The position numbers were made by a program, and so were the translations under genes. From positions 2,816,001-2,880,000 of the forward strand of contig CBDCTK010000002.1 of the NCBI GenBank assembly GCA_965222225.1: DNA of 64,000 nt, read 5' to 3'. The notes under the pieces were generated by a model. The model did no database searches. It was not told where the DNA came from and was given only the letters and a program-made list of their open reading frames with translations. Shown piece by piece: positions 39,681 to 48,859 of the stretch. This DNA is from Candidatus Poribacteria bacterium. Lineage in GTDB: Bacteria; Poribacteria; WGA-4E; JAJDTR01. How positions within the stretch are numbered: the stretch's first letter is position 1; each line of letters begins with the position of its first letter.

Positions 39681-40862
39681 CTACGGGATTTCATTGCCAA
39701 AAACGAGCGTGCATTGGTCCGCCATGGAGCCGCCGTTGCCGTTGGACAAACCGAATGTGGCGTCCTCAACTTGGAGTTCACCGGCTCTGCCCATCAGTTG
39801 GCGGGCGGCTTCGATCGAATGCAGTAAGTGGATGCCGGGGTTCGGCTGACCTCTGCCGAGTTGACCGCCATCGGTATTGAGCGGCATTTCTCCCTTGTAG
39901 GTCAGATCGGTCTCTTCGACATACGCCGCTCCCTCTCCCTTTTCGCAACAGCCGATATCCTCAAGCGAAATCACGACGGTAATGGTATAGCAATCGTAGA
40001 GTTCGACGAAATCCATATCCTTTATTCCCAATCCCGACATTTCAAATGCATACTTTGCTGCAAGCTTGACCGGGGAGGTGGTGAGAGAGCGCTCGTAACC
40101 GTAGGCTGGATTCCACAGTCCTCTGTCAAACTGCTGCCCTCCGCCCAACAGATAGGCAGGGGGATTTTTGGTGTCTTTTGCCCGTTCTGCCTTCGTCATG
40201 ATCAGTGCGCAGCCGCCGACACACGGCATGACAATCTCGAACAGGTGGAGCGGATCGCAGATGAGCCGTGAATTTAGCACATCATCTACGCTGACCTGCT
40301 TTTTCAGCAAGGCATTCGAGAACTTCGAGGCATGATACCGCGCGTTGATGACCACATGCGCGAACTGGTCATCTGTCGCGTTGAATTCGTGCATATAGCG
40401 CCGCTTAATCATGGCGTATGCGGAGTTGTTGAACATTGGCCCGTAAATGCTGTCGAAATCCCGTTCAAACGCCGTGCCGGTCTCCAGTCCGAATTCGTAG
40501 ATGCGCTTGGGATCCATGACGCTTCCGGCGACAATCAGGATATTGTTGCACAGGCCTCCCGCCAGCGCCGCGGCTGCGTAGAGGATTGCGGCATTCCCCG
40601 ATGCGCCGCCGCGATAGACATTGTCAAGAAACCGCGGGTGGAGCTGAAGGTATTCCTGCAAGTCTTCCGTCCAAGTCGGTTCCTCGTCGAGCGGACATAT
40701 TGAAATTAAGCCGTCAATGTCGTCCTTCGTCAGTCCGGCATCCTCAATGGCGAGCTTTGCCGCCCGGCAATATTCGGTGTAATTCGATCGGTCTCCGGGA
40801 TTGCGCTTGAGAAATTCGGTTTCGCCGTAGCCGACGATTGCTGCTTTGCCTTTTATGCTCAT
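39681..40862 (-). CDS. Thiolase-superfamily protein (SCP2-thiolase/Ltp2-like)
   Basis: AAIVGYGET, AIEDAGL...DIDG, ELYDCYT and LNTDGGQL; lacks the canonical thiolase Cys (GGASG). ATG start after GGAGG. Confidence 0.9.
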   Translation of the reverse strand: MSIKGKAAIVGYGETEFLKRNPGDRSNYTEYCRAAKLAIEDAGLTKDDIDGLISICPLDEEPTWTEDLQEYLQLHPRFLDNVYRGGASGNAAILYAAAALAGGLCNNILIVAGSVMDPKRIYEFGLETGTAFERDFDSIYGPMFNNSAYAMIKRRYMHEFNATDDQFAHVVINARYHASKFSNALLKKQVSVDDVLNSRLICDPLHLFEIVMPCVGGCALIMTKAERAKDTKNPPAYLLGGGQQFDRGLWNPAYGYERSLTTSPVKLAAKYAFEMSGLGIKDMDFVELYDCYTITVVISLEDIGCCEKGEGAAYVEETDLTYKGEMPLNTDGGQLGRGQPNPGIHLLHSIEAARQLMGRAGELQVEDATFGLSNGNGGSMADQCTLVFGNEIP

Positions 40863-40883
40863 CTGTGGCAATACCTCCTAAAA

Positions 40884-40917
40884 GCAGTGGCCAGTTTCCA
40901 GTGGTCAGTGATCAGTA
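40884..40917. repeat. Short tandem heptamer repeats (CAGTGGY/CAGTGAT)
   Basis: gcagtggccagtttccagtggtcagtgatcagt. Similar 7-mer runs at 6443-6468 and 46160-46247. Confidence 0.55.
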
Positions 40918-40949
40918 AAAACGGTAGTGTCCTGCCTCAATAAACTCGC

Positions 40950-41909
40950 CTAATAGGGTTGGGGGCGGTTCTTCACGAGGAAGACCGGCGCCGGTGGCAA
41001 GCCTTCCCAACCGCGAGAGCCGTCCGAATGCTTACGGATGGTGAATCGGTCGAAAACATCTCCCGCCAGATTGTTCGCCTCGGCGTTCAGCCTATCTTCC
41101 GTCAATTTTATCTTGAGATAGTGCATCTGATGAACCGACACCACCGCATCGAACCAGTGTGGCACCGCATCCATCGGATCTACCGGGCGGTAGGCGTCGC
41201 AGCCGCCGCCCAGCGTGATGAATGCCGTGCCTCGAGAGTCGTCGCGTACCCGGCTGACGGGGTTCACCGGGTAGGTACGCTCGTAGAAGTGTTGATGACC
41301 TCGAAAAACTAGATCGACGCCCTCGCGCCACGCAAGGGGCTCCACCGACTCGGAGATTTCGGCTAGACCGGGACCGTCGTTAGGCGCGTCCAAGCGGCAG
41401 AAGGCTGTGCCGGGTTCGTGGTGAAAAACGAATCGCCAGCGCGCATCCCGAGAACGTTCGAGATCTCGGACAAACCATTCAAGTTGGGTCATTCTGCTTT
41501 CGGGCAGGTCAAACTCCTCGCGCAGCACGCTGTGGGAGAGCGGGGTAACGCATAAGCCGGTGAAATGCGCCGGACCGGCATCGAACGAGTAGAAAAACCC
41601 CGGGACGTATCGCTCCAATCTCTCAAGCCATTGTCGACGTGCGGCGTTGAGATCGCCGTCGAAATCGTGGTTTCCCGGAATCGGACGGAGCGGTATCCCC
41701 GCCTCGGTCAGCGGGCGGATGCGTTCGAAAAAGGCGTCCCACGGCGCCGGATTCGCGCCGTTCGCCATGACGAGGTCGCCGGGTATGACGACGAACTCGG
41801 GGTTTTCGGCGACGAGGCGTTCAGCTAGATGTGTCAAGTTGTCGTCGGGGATTTGCCAATCCGCAACGACGCAGAAGGTGAGTTCGGTGGAGTCGAGAGT
41901 GTTTTTCAT
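40950..41909 (-). CDS. Calcineurin-like metallophosphoesterase (purple acid phosphatase-like)
   Basis: AD.Q, GDLV, GNHD, FHHEP and GHQHFYER. Confidence 0.92.
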   Translation of the reverse strand: MKNTLDSTELTFCVVADWQIPDDNLTHLAERLVAENPEFVVIPGDLVMANGANPAPWDAFFERIRPLTEAGIPLRPIPGNHDFDGDLNAARRQWLERLERYVPGFFYSFDAGPAHFTGLCVTPLSHSVLREEFDLPESRMTQLEWFVRDLERSRDARWRFVFHHEPGTAFCRLDAPNDGPGLAEISESVEPLAWREGVDLVFRGHQHFYERTYPVNPVSRVRDDSRGTAFITLGGGCDAYRPVDPMDAVPHWFDAVVSVHQMHYLKIKLTEDRLNAEANNLAGDVFDRFTIRKHSDGSRGWEGLPPAPVFLVKNRPQPY

Positions 41910-42070
41910 GGTTTTTTAAGCTTGTATGCTGATTTGGAGTAACCCGCGGGTTCGTCTTAAGGTTGTACTATTACAAGCATTTTCTCCGAGATGCTTCATC
42001 GAAGTAAATCAGCAATACAGCTTTACGACCCTGTAACAATTGCCCCGCGAATCCCATATCAATTATTCCG

Positions 42071-42099
42071 ATTATACCGCCAGTTCTCTATGTTTTCAA
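42071..42099 (-). promoter_or_regulatory. Sigma70-type promoter upstream of phosphoesterase-thiolase-DUF35
   Basis: Minus strand TTGAAA-17 nt-TATAAT. Confidence 0.7.
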
Positions 42100-42284
42100 T
42101 AGTGTCTACTTCTACCTCTGCCAAGCTGTAGGACAATGGCTAGGAAAAACGCCCAACATGGTACCGGCGCGCCCAATCACATCATGGATACGGGAGCATA
42201 CACAAGAACGCCCACAGCGACAATAAGCAACAAAAGCAGTGGTAGTAGCACTTGCAAGAGTCCTTGATGAGTCTTCGAAGTCAT
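42096..42284 (-). pseudogene. Small two-helix membrane protein with an in-frame TGA
   Basis: MTSKTHQGLLQVLLPLLLLLIVAVGVLVYAPVSMM*LGAPVPCWAFFLAIVLQLGRGRSRHY*. AAGGA RBS; TGA at 42177-42179. Confidence 0.45.
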
Positions 42285-42359
42285 TGAAGTCCATTCCTTT
42301 CCAATCCGAGTTAGAAATTCAGTGCATGCAAACGGGAAGGCGTTACGCAACCGTTTATG

Positions 42360-42911
42360 TTAAATATCTTCCCCTCCGATGGTGTTAATTACATCAAGCA
42401 ACACAGGCGCGAAGATATTTCTCTGTGCTTCTATCAAGTGAGGGAGATTTACACATTTGGACTGCTTGGGGCTACCGTCAGCGTAGGTGGTTCCTAGCTC
42501 AAACCCTAGATTTCCAATACTGTCACGCGTTATAAAGTTAAACGTCTTACCTGAATCTCTACCCTGATCTGTAGGATGTCCAGCACTATGGTTTCGAACC
42601 TCACGAATCTCCTTTAGGCATGGATTGCAGGTATAATCTTTTTTGAGAGTGCATGTGAAATGTTTTACGGCGTCTTGTTGCAAAATAAGGGCTTGCAATG
42701 CACCATAGACGTACATATATTTGTTGCCAACATCAAGACTATCAATGTTAGTCGTACGGGAAGCTTCCAAACAAAGTACTGTGTCCTTGATAACATCTAA
42801 ACAACTACATAGTTGCATTCTTGTGCGGCGATCTTCCAAAACAGCATGACTGCCTTCCCATTTGTCAATTATGTCACGGACTTCATCAATAAGTGGTTCG
42901 AGATTGTACAT
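42360..42911 (-). CDS. Hypothetical protein with a HEPN-like R-x5-H motif
   Basis: Helical N-terminal region followed by IREVRNHSAGHP. Markedly AT-rich. GGAG RBS. Confidence 0.65.
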   Translation of the reverse strand: MYNLEPLIDEVRDIIDKWEGSHAVLEDRRTRMQLCSCLDVIKDTVLCLEASRTTNIDSLDVGNKYMYVYGALQALILQQDAVKHFTCTLKKDYTCNPCLKEIREVRNHSAGHPTDQGRDSGKTFNFITRDSIGNLGFELGTTYADGSPKQSKCVNLPHLIEAQRNIFAPVLLDVINTIGGEDI

Positions 42912-43052
42912 CCTGGTCTCCTCTGAGTGAATTGTTATGAACTCGCGTCCCGCGCGATCCGTTCACGTATGGTATATCGGCAGACACTCTAGGGATGGGT
43001 GCGTGCATCAGGTCATCTGCCATATTCGATGGAATTTAAGTTCATGTCATGG

Positions 43053-45017
43053 TTAACGTTCTGTTCCGACAGAATCCCTAGAGGCTAAGTCCCACAACAG
43101 AATAGCATCGTCACCACTTCCACTGGCGAGCGTAGTCCCATCAGGAGAGAATGCAACGGAATTCACTACTCCCTTGTGTCCGGCAAGGGTCTTCTTGTGT
43201 TGTCCAGTACGCGTATCCCACAAGCGGATGGTCCAGTCCCTACTTCCACTGGCAAGTGTTCCTCCGTCAGGGGAGAACGCAACAGAGTTGATATCACGCG
43301 TATGACCTATTAGCGTTTGTCTGGGTGAACCTGTAAGCGCGTCCCACAATTTAAGTGAGCTCTTAGAGCCCCATTCTGCAGTGGCGATGGATGCCCCATC
43401 GGGAGAGAAAGCAATGGAGTACACAAGAGCGATGTCACCTATAAGAGTTTGCTTATGTTCCCCAGTGTACACGTTCCATAAGCGAATCTCGCTCGATGCC
43501 CCAGAGGCAATTGTAGCCCCGTCGGGGGAAAAGGCGACACATTTGATTTCATTCGTATGTCCCAAGGTTTGCTTGTGTATCCCGGTATGCGCGTCCCACA
43601 AACGAACCGTCTTGTCCGAACTCCCGCTGGCAAGAGTAAGTCCACCAGGAGAAAATGCAACTGACGTAACTAGACCTGTATGTCCTGCAAGAGTTCGAAT
43701 GTGTTTTCCAGTGTACGCATCCCACAGACGAATCGTATTATCCGCACTTCCACTAGCAAGAATATTCCTACCGGGGGAAAAGGCAGTAGATGTAACGTAC
43801 TCTCTGTGCCCCAATAGCATCCGAATGTGTTCACCGGTACGGGCATTCCACAAGCGAATGGCGGGTTGAGAACTCTCCTCACCACTAGTAAGTATGAAGC
43901 CCGTTGGGGAAAACGCCAAGCAGGTGACATGCCCTAAGGTAGGCTCTACCAGAGTGTGCAGGTGTCTGCCCGAGCGCACATCCCATAATCGAATTGACAT
44001 GTCCTTAAACCTTCTAAAAAAACTGTATCCTCCACCACTTGTAAGGGTAAGTCCGTCAGTAGAAAACGCAACGGAACTAACTTGACCCGTATGACCTTCA
44101 AGGGTATGGAGGTGTCTTCCCGAGCGTACATCCCACAAACGAATAGTCTTGTCCTCATAGTCACCGCCACTGGCAAGCGTAAACCCATCGGGGGAGAATG
44201 TTACGCTACTGACCCAATCCGTGTGCCCAACAAGGGTTTGTTTGTGCTGCCCTGTATGCGTGTCCCACAAACGAATAGTCTTGTCCTTATACCCTCCACC
44301 GCTGGCAAGCATAAGCCCATCGGGAGAAAACGCGATGGAGCAAATTCCACCCATATGACCGACAAGAGTATGCTTGTGTTGTCCCGTGCGCACATCCCAC
44401 AAACGAATAGTCTTGTCCTCATCAGCCTCGTCTTTTAGCAAGTCACTGAGCACGTGGTAACTTCCGCTGGCAAGTGTAAGTCCGTCGGGGGAAAATGTAA
44501 CAGTGCTAGTCGTACCCGTATGGCCGGGAAGAACCTTGAGTTGTGTTCCGCAGCGAACATCCCACAAACGAATTGTTCTATCATCGTCGCCTGAACTGCT
44601 GGCTAGCGTTTTCCCATCGGGGGAAAAGGCGACCGAAGTCACGACACCCCTATGCCCAATGAGAAGTTGCTTGAGTTCCCCAGTGCGAGCATCCCACAAG
44701 CGAACTTCCCAACTCCCACTGGCAAGCGTGAGTCCATCCGGAGAGAATGCAACGCAACGGACAACTCCCCTATGGCCCGTGAGCAGAGAGATTTCGGAAC
44801 CGCTGTGTGCATCATACAACCAGACGCCGATAGAACTCGCCACCGCGATTCGATCTCCGCTTGGAGAACACGCGATTTCAGATATCCAACCTTTGCCGAT
44901 ACGGAACTTTGCACCTTCGGGCAAACCCCATTGCGTATAATCATGGGCGACAACATCCTGTAGAAACCAGAAGTAAACAAACAAAACACAGAGCTTGAAG
45001 AACCGAATTTCTTTCAT
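43053..45017 (-). CDS. Secreted WD40-repeat protein (14 repeats)
   Basis: Signal peptide, LPEGAKFRIGKG, and 14 GH...AFSPDG.TLASG..D.TIRLWD-type units. Confidence 0.93.
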   Translation of the reverse strand: MKEIRFFKLCVLFVYFWFLQDVVAHDYTQWGLPEGAKFRIGKGWISEIACSPSGDRIAVASSIGVWLYDAHSGSEISLLTGHRGVVRCVAFSPDGLTLASGSWEVRLWDARTGELKQLLIGHRGVVTSVAFSPDGKTLASSSGDDDRTIRLWDVRCGTQLKVLPGHTGTTSTVTFSPDGLTLASGSYHVLSDLLKDEADEDKTIRLWDVRTGQHKHTLVGHMGGICSIAFSPDGLMLASGGGYKDKTIRLWDTHTGQHKQTLVGHTDWVSSVTFSPDGFTLASGGDYEDKTIRLWDVRSGRHLHTLEGHTGQVSSVAFSTDGLTLTSGGGYSFFRRFKDMSIRLWDVRSGRHLHTLVEPTLGHVTCLAFSPTGFILTSGEESSQPAIRLWNARTGEHIRMLLGHREYVTSTAFSPGRNILASGSADNTIRLWDAYTGKHIRTLAGHTGLVTSVAFSPGGLTLASGSSDKTVRLWDAHTGIHKQTLGHTNEIKCVAFSPDGATIASGASSEIRLWNVYTGEHKQTLIGDIALVYSIAFSPDGASIATAEWGSKSSLKLWDALTGSPRQTLIGHTRDINSVAFSPDGGTLASGSRDWTIRLWDTRTGQHKKTLAGHKGVVNSVAFSPDGTTLASGSGDDAILLWDLASRDSVGTER

Positions 45018-45351
45018 GGATAATCCTCTTTGGTGTGGTTGGGTGCACATGTCCAAAGCTGATTAATGCATTGGTAACGCACCTCGTTAGTCGAAAAACC
45101 TAACCCAATGTTTCTTTCGAGTAGGTGTTGGTGCAACCCATGACGATGATATTTCCAGAGTAACTGTTTGGGGTAATCACGTACCATCTCCTAATCCGTG
45201 TAATCTGGGTAATCCGTTTAATCCGCGATTCAGACAATTGTCAAAATGCCTCGGATAAAACCTTCAAAGTGTATAGCAATTCCGCTCTTCCATCCTTCCT
45301 CACGCTCCACTTACCACCAAAATTACATGCGATTGCCCTGCGAGCTGACTC

Positions 45352-46098
45352 TTATTGCGCGGTGTAGCCGCCATCTACAAACAGGGAGGTGCCTGTGACC
45401 CAAGCGGACTCGTCGGAGGCGAGGTACAGCGCGGCGGAGGCAACGTCCTCGGGCGTCCCCACCCTACCGATGGGGTGCATGGCAGCGATTTCGTTGCCGC
45501 GTTGCTTCAGGTCCTCTCGGTTGAAGTCTATCTCTATCCAGGCGGGGCAGACCGTATTCACGCGGATCTTGTGCTCGGCAAAGTCCAGCGCCATACACTT
45601 CGTCAGCAGTTCGATACCGCCCTTGGCGGCGTTATAGGCGCCCTGTTTCCGCTGGCCGACGTGACCCGAGATTGAGGAGCAGTTGACAATGGCGCCGCCG
45701 TTCTCAATCATGTGGGGAAGGGCGTATTTGGAGCACAGGAAATAACCGCGCAGGTTTATCCCCATAAGACTATCCCACTCCTCTTCGGTCAACTCCATAA
45801 TGGTTTTCCCGATACCGATGAACACACCGGCGTTATTGACAAGGATATCAAGCTTTCCGTACTTCGACATGGTTTGGTCAATCATGTGTTGCACCTGATC
45901 TGTCTTCGACACATCAATAGAGAGGTAGCTTGCCTCTCCGCCTTCCGACTTAATCTGATTCACGGTGTCTTCGATTGGTTTCGATCTTCTGCCGGTAATC
46001 ATGACCTTTGCACCCTCTCGGGCAAAGCGTACCGCCGTACCGCGACCTATTCCGGTTCCGCCGCCAGTGATAATGGTGACCTTGTTCTGTAATCTCAT
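45352..46098 (-). CDS. Short-chain dehydrogenase/reductase
   Basis: [17 protein letters not shown] and VDGGYTAQ. Confidence 0.95.
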   Translation of the reverse strand: MRLQNKVTIITGGGTGIGRGTAVRFAREGAKVMITGRRSKPIEDTVNQIKSEGGEASYLSIDVSKTDQVQHMIDQTMSKYGKLDILVNNAGVFIGIGKTIMELTEEEWDSLMGINLRGYFLCSKYALPHMIENGGAIVNCSSISGHVGQRKQGAYNAAKGGIELLTKCMALDFAEHKIRVNTVCPAWIEIDFNREDLKQRGNEIAAMHPIGRVGTPEDVASAALYLASDESAWVTGTSLFVDGGYTAQ

Positions 46099-46250
46099 TG
46101 GTTGCCTACTCCTAAGGTTAAACACGTTTTCATTCTAAAACCAAATGGAAAATTGTGGAAGTGGTGGGAAGTGGCCAGTCGCCAGTGACCTGTGACCAGT
46201 GAATGAAACGGATTTTCTGACCGCTAGCCAATGACCACTGGACACTGCTT

Positions 46251-47207
46251 TCAAGATGGCTTGACAACTCCAAGCGGTTGTTTTCCCTCGAAGACCTTCA
46301 CCACATTTTCGGCTGCACCGCGCGCCATGCGGTACCACGCCTCCTCGGTTGATGAAGCCGCGTGCGGTCCAAGCACCACGTTTTCGATTGATAGCAAGGG
46401 ATTGTTCGTGGGAGGCTCCTGAGAGAACACATCGAGTCCCGCCCCCGCAATCCAACCCGCCTGGAGCGCTTTGACAAGGCTCGCTTCGTGGACAATAGGT
46501 CCGCGGGCGGTATTGATGAGATAGGCTGTCGGTTTCATCAATTTCAGTTGGGTTTCGCCAATCAAGCCTGACGTTTCCGGGCTTAGAGGCGAGTGGATGC
46601 TGACGAAATCGGCGCGCGCCAGGAGTCCATTCAATGGGAGGTAGCTTACGCCGTACTCCGCCGCGAACGCCTCATCTTGATAGAGGTCATACGCCAGAAT
46701 CGTCATGTCGAATCCGCGCGCCCGCTTCGCTAGGCGCTTGCCAATTTTGCCCAGTCCGATAATTCCCAGCGTCTTTTGAAATAGCTCGACGCCGATGTGA
46801 GGCGACCAACCGCCGTTGCGAACGTTCCTATCTCCCTGTGGTATGTGCCGGGCGACGCCCAGCATCAATCCCATCGCCAACTCGGCGACACTTTCGCTAT
46901 TGGCTTCCGGCGTAGTCGTCACGATGATGCCGCGTTCCGACGCCGCCTGAAGGTCAATCGTGTCGAATCCGGCGCCGGTGCGAGAAATAATCTTCAGATT
47001 GTCCGCAGCGGAAATCACGCGTCTAGTGAAGTGGTGACTCCCCGAGATTATTCCATCTACGCCTTCAATGAGCGAGATAAGATCGTCCTCGGTCAATGTG
47101 TTTTCGCGATAATGCACGGAAACCGTGCAATTACGGGCTTCCAAGAAAGAGAGAATCTCGCTCGCATCCCATTCGCGCGGAAAGGTGGTAATCAATACGT
47201 TTCGCAT
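46251..47207 (-). CDS. D-2-hydroxyacid (phosphoglycerate-like) dehydrogenase
   Basis: GIIGLGKIG, INTARG, GAGLDVF..EP and PH; no ACT domain. Confidence 0.92.
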   Translation of the reverse strand: MRNVLITTFPREWDASEILSFLEARNCTVSVHYRENTLTEDDLISLIEGVDGIISGSHHFTRRVISAADNLKIISRTGAGFDTIDLQAASERGIIVTTTPEANSESVAELAMGLMLGVARHIPQGDRNVRNGGWSPHIGVELFQKTLGIIGLGKIGKRLAKRARGFDMTILAYDLYQDEAFAAEYGVSYLPLNGLLARADFVSIHSPLSPETSGLIGETQLKLMKPTAYLINTARGPIVHEASLVKALQAGWIAGAGLDVFSQEPPTNNPLLSIENVVLGPHAASSTEEAWYRMARGAAENVVKVFEGKQPLGVVKPS

Positions 47208-47237
47208 TTGTTGCCTCTTGCTATATTTTGCGTTCCC

Positions 47238-47364
47238 GTAGGAGCGATCTCCGAATTGCGACCTATCGGGAATCGGAGCCGCGATCGGGGAGAAGATCCT
47301 TATGGGATCTCTATCGCACTCACTAATCGCTCGCTTGATCTATTCGCTCAGTTGATCTCCTACA
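47238..47364. repeat. Inverted REP pair (GTAGGAGCGATCTCC family) with nested micro-elements
   Basis: Minus-strand copy at 47305-47339 (ATCAAGCGAGCGATTAGTGAGTGCGATAGAGATCC) inside a second copy whose left part is 47340-47356. Confidence 0.78.
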
Positions 47365-47479
47365 GTGGGTAGCGGATAGGTGTTAAGGGGGGAAGAGAGG
47401 AGGGCTGGCACTAGCCGCTGCCGGCGTCTTTGCCAATCTTAAACCCGGTACTTTTGAATGTTCCAATACCATCGTTAGC

Positions 47480-48637
47480 CTACGGCACGACAACCACCTT
47501 CATGCACTCCTCGGGCTCCATCGACTGCAGCATCGCCGATTCCGTCTGGAGGAGAGGGTATTCGTGCGACACAAACTTTTCGAACGGGAAGGAATCGGCA
47601 TACCTTTGCATGAGTTCCATGCTAGGGGTATAACCCGTGAAGGGGTGGTTGGTCATGCCGATGAGACGAATGTTCTTTGAACAGAAGTGGCGGTGCGGGC
47701 TGAGCGATACCTCTCCGGTCTCGGCGAAGTTCCCCGGCTCAAGGTAAATGCCTCCTTTGCGCGTCATGTCCAGTCCTTCGGGCACGACCTCGGCGATTCC
47801 CGCGCACTCGACAACAATGTCGGCGCCGCGTCCGTGTGTCAGAGAGCGAACAAACTCGATACGCTCCTCCGACGTGGTTTCGGCGGCGTTGACGGTGTGG
47901 TCGGCGCCAAACTCCTCCGCCAGTCCCAAACGATATTCGGAACGGTCAATGGCGATGATGTTGCCGGCACCCATCACGCGCGCCTTGATGAGGTGGCAGA
48001 TCCCCATAGGACCGACGCCCTGAATGACAACGGTGCTGCCGGTGGCGAAACCGTCGCCCGTGAGGGTAAATAGCTCCTTCGTCTTGTCCAAGTTATAGCT
48101 GACCGCCATCAACTCCGCCATGACCGCGACGCGCAAGGGTATGCCTTCGGGCACTTTGTACAGGAACGCGTTGGGCAGGATGTACATGTATTCCGCCCAA
48201 CCGCCGAACAGATGGGGTGATTCGGCGGAGGTGAAGGCGTTGCCGTAACCGCGCAGGTTTTCGCACCACGGAAAAGCAAACGTGTGCCGACACTCGTAGC
48301 ATTCCCCGCACACGACATCCGGACACAATGCGACCCGATTTCCGACGCGCAGGGGTTCGCCGTTGAAATCGAGACGTGGACGCACCCTGTCGTTAATCTC
48401 GGCGACGACGCCAATGATTTCGTGCCCCGGAATGATTGGAAACGGCGTATCGGATTCGGCATCGGTACCGGCGTACTGCTTCGTCTCGCCGCGCCATGTG
48501 TGTTTGTCCGTGCCGCAGATGCCGCACATTTCGACCTTGAGGAGCACCGCGCCGTCTTCCAATTTCGGAAGGGGGAATTCCTGAATTTCAATCTTTCCCG
48601 GATGAACCATTACTGCCGCGCGTACCTTGTCGCTCAT
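47480..48637 (-). CDS. Zinc-dependent alcohol/polyol dehydrogenase (MDR)
   Basis: CGTD.H, GHE, C..C..C.......C and GVGPMG. Confidence 0.95.
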   Translation of the reverse strand: MSDKVRAAVMVHPGKIEIQEFPLPKLEDGAVLLKVEMCGICGTDKHTWRGETKQYAGTDAESDTPFPIIPGHEIIGVVAEINDRVRPRLDFNGEPLRVGNRVALCPDVVCGECYECRHTFAFPWCENLRGYGNAFTSAESPHLFGGWAEYMYILPNAFLYKVPEGIPLRVAVMAELMAVSYNLDKTKELFTLTGDGFATGSTVVIQGVGPMGICHLIKARVMGAGNIIAIDRSEYRLGLAEEFGADHTVNAAETTSEERIEFVRSLTHGRGADIVVECAGIAEVVPEGLDMTRKGGIYLEPGNFAETGEVSLSPHRHFCSKNIRLIGMTNHPFTGYTPSMELMQRYADSFPFEKFVSHEYPLLQTESAMLQSMEPEECMKVVVVP

Positions 48638-48859
48638 ATGCCTTCCTCTGATGATTTGCGGTGTGCTATTTGTGTTACCTACAGGACTACGCAGTTCGGT
48701 TTGTGGTAACGATTTTCGGTTCTTCTGTAGGAGCGAGCTTTGCTCGCGACCGGGAGATCTCTCCTACAAACCCCCGGTTTCTGTGTCCTGCTGATTGCAC
48801 GATTCAAGCGCGTTTCCCGGGATTGCACATCGCGGTATCCAGATCTCCGTAAAAAAGGC

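Noticed and set aside
42177-42179. Selenocysteine TGA
   Set aside because: There is no redox motif context or convincing SECIS. TGG-to-TGA in a membrane segment is more likely.
42112-42294. Cys-rich 60-aa ORF as a RiPP precursor
   Set aside because: No modifying enzymes are nearby. The overlapping frame encodes a more plausible membrane peptide with better RBS spacing.
38316-42911. Integron cassette array of AT-rich orphans
   Set aside because: No attC-like RYYYAAC...GTTRRRY structures or integrase were seen.
45191-45235. 9-mer TAATCCG tandem repeats as iterons or an operator array
   Set aside because: They are short and degenerate with no rep gene or regulator nearby. More likely another short tandem repeat family.
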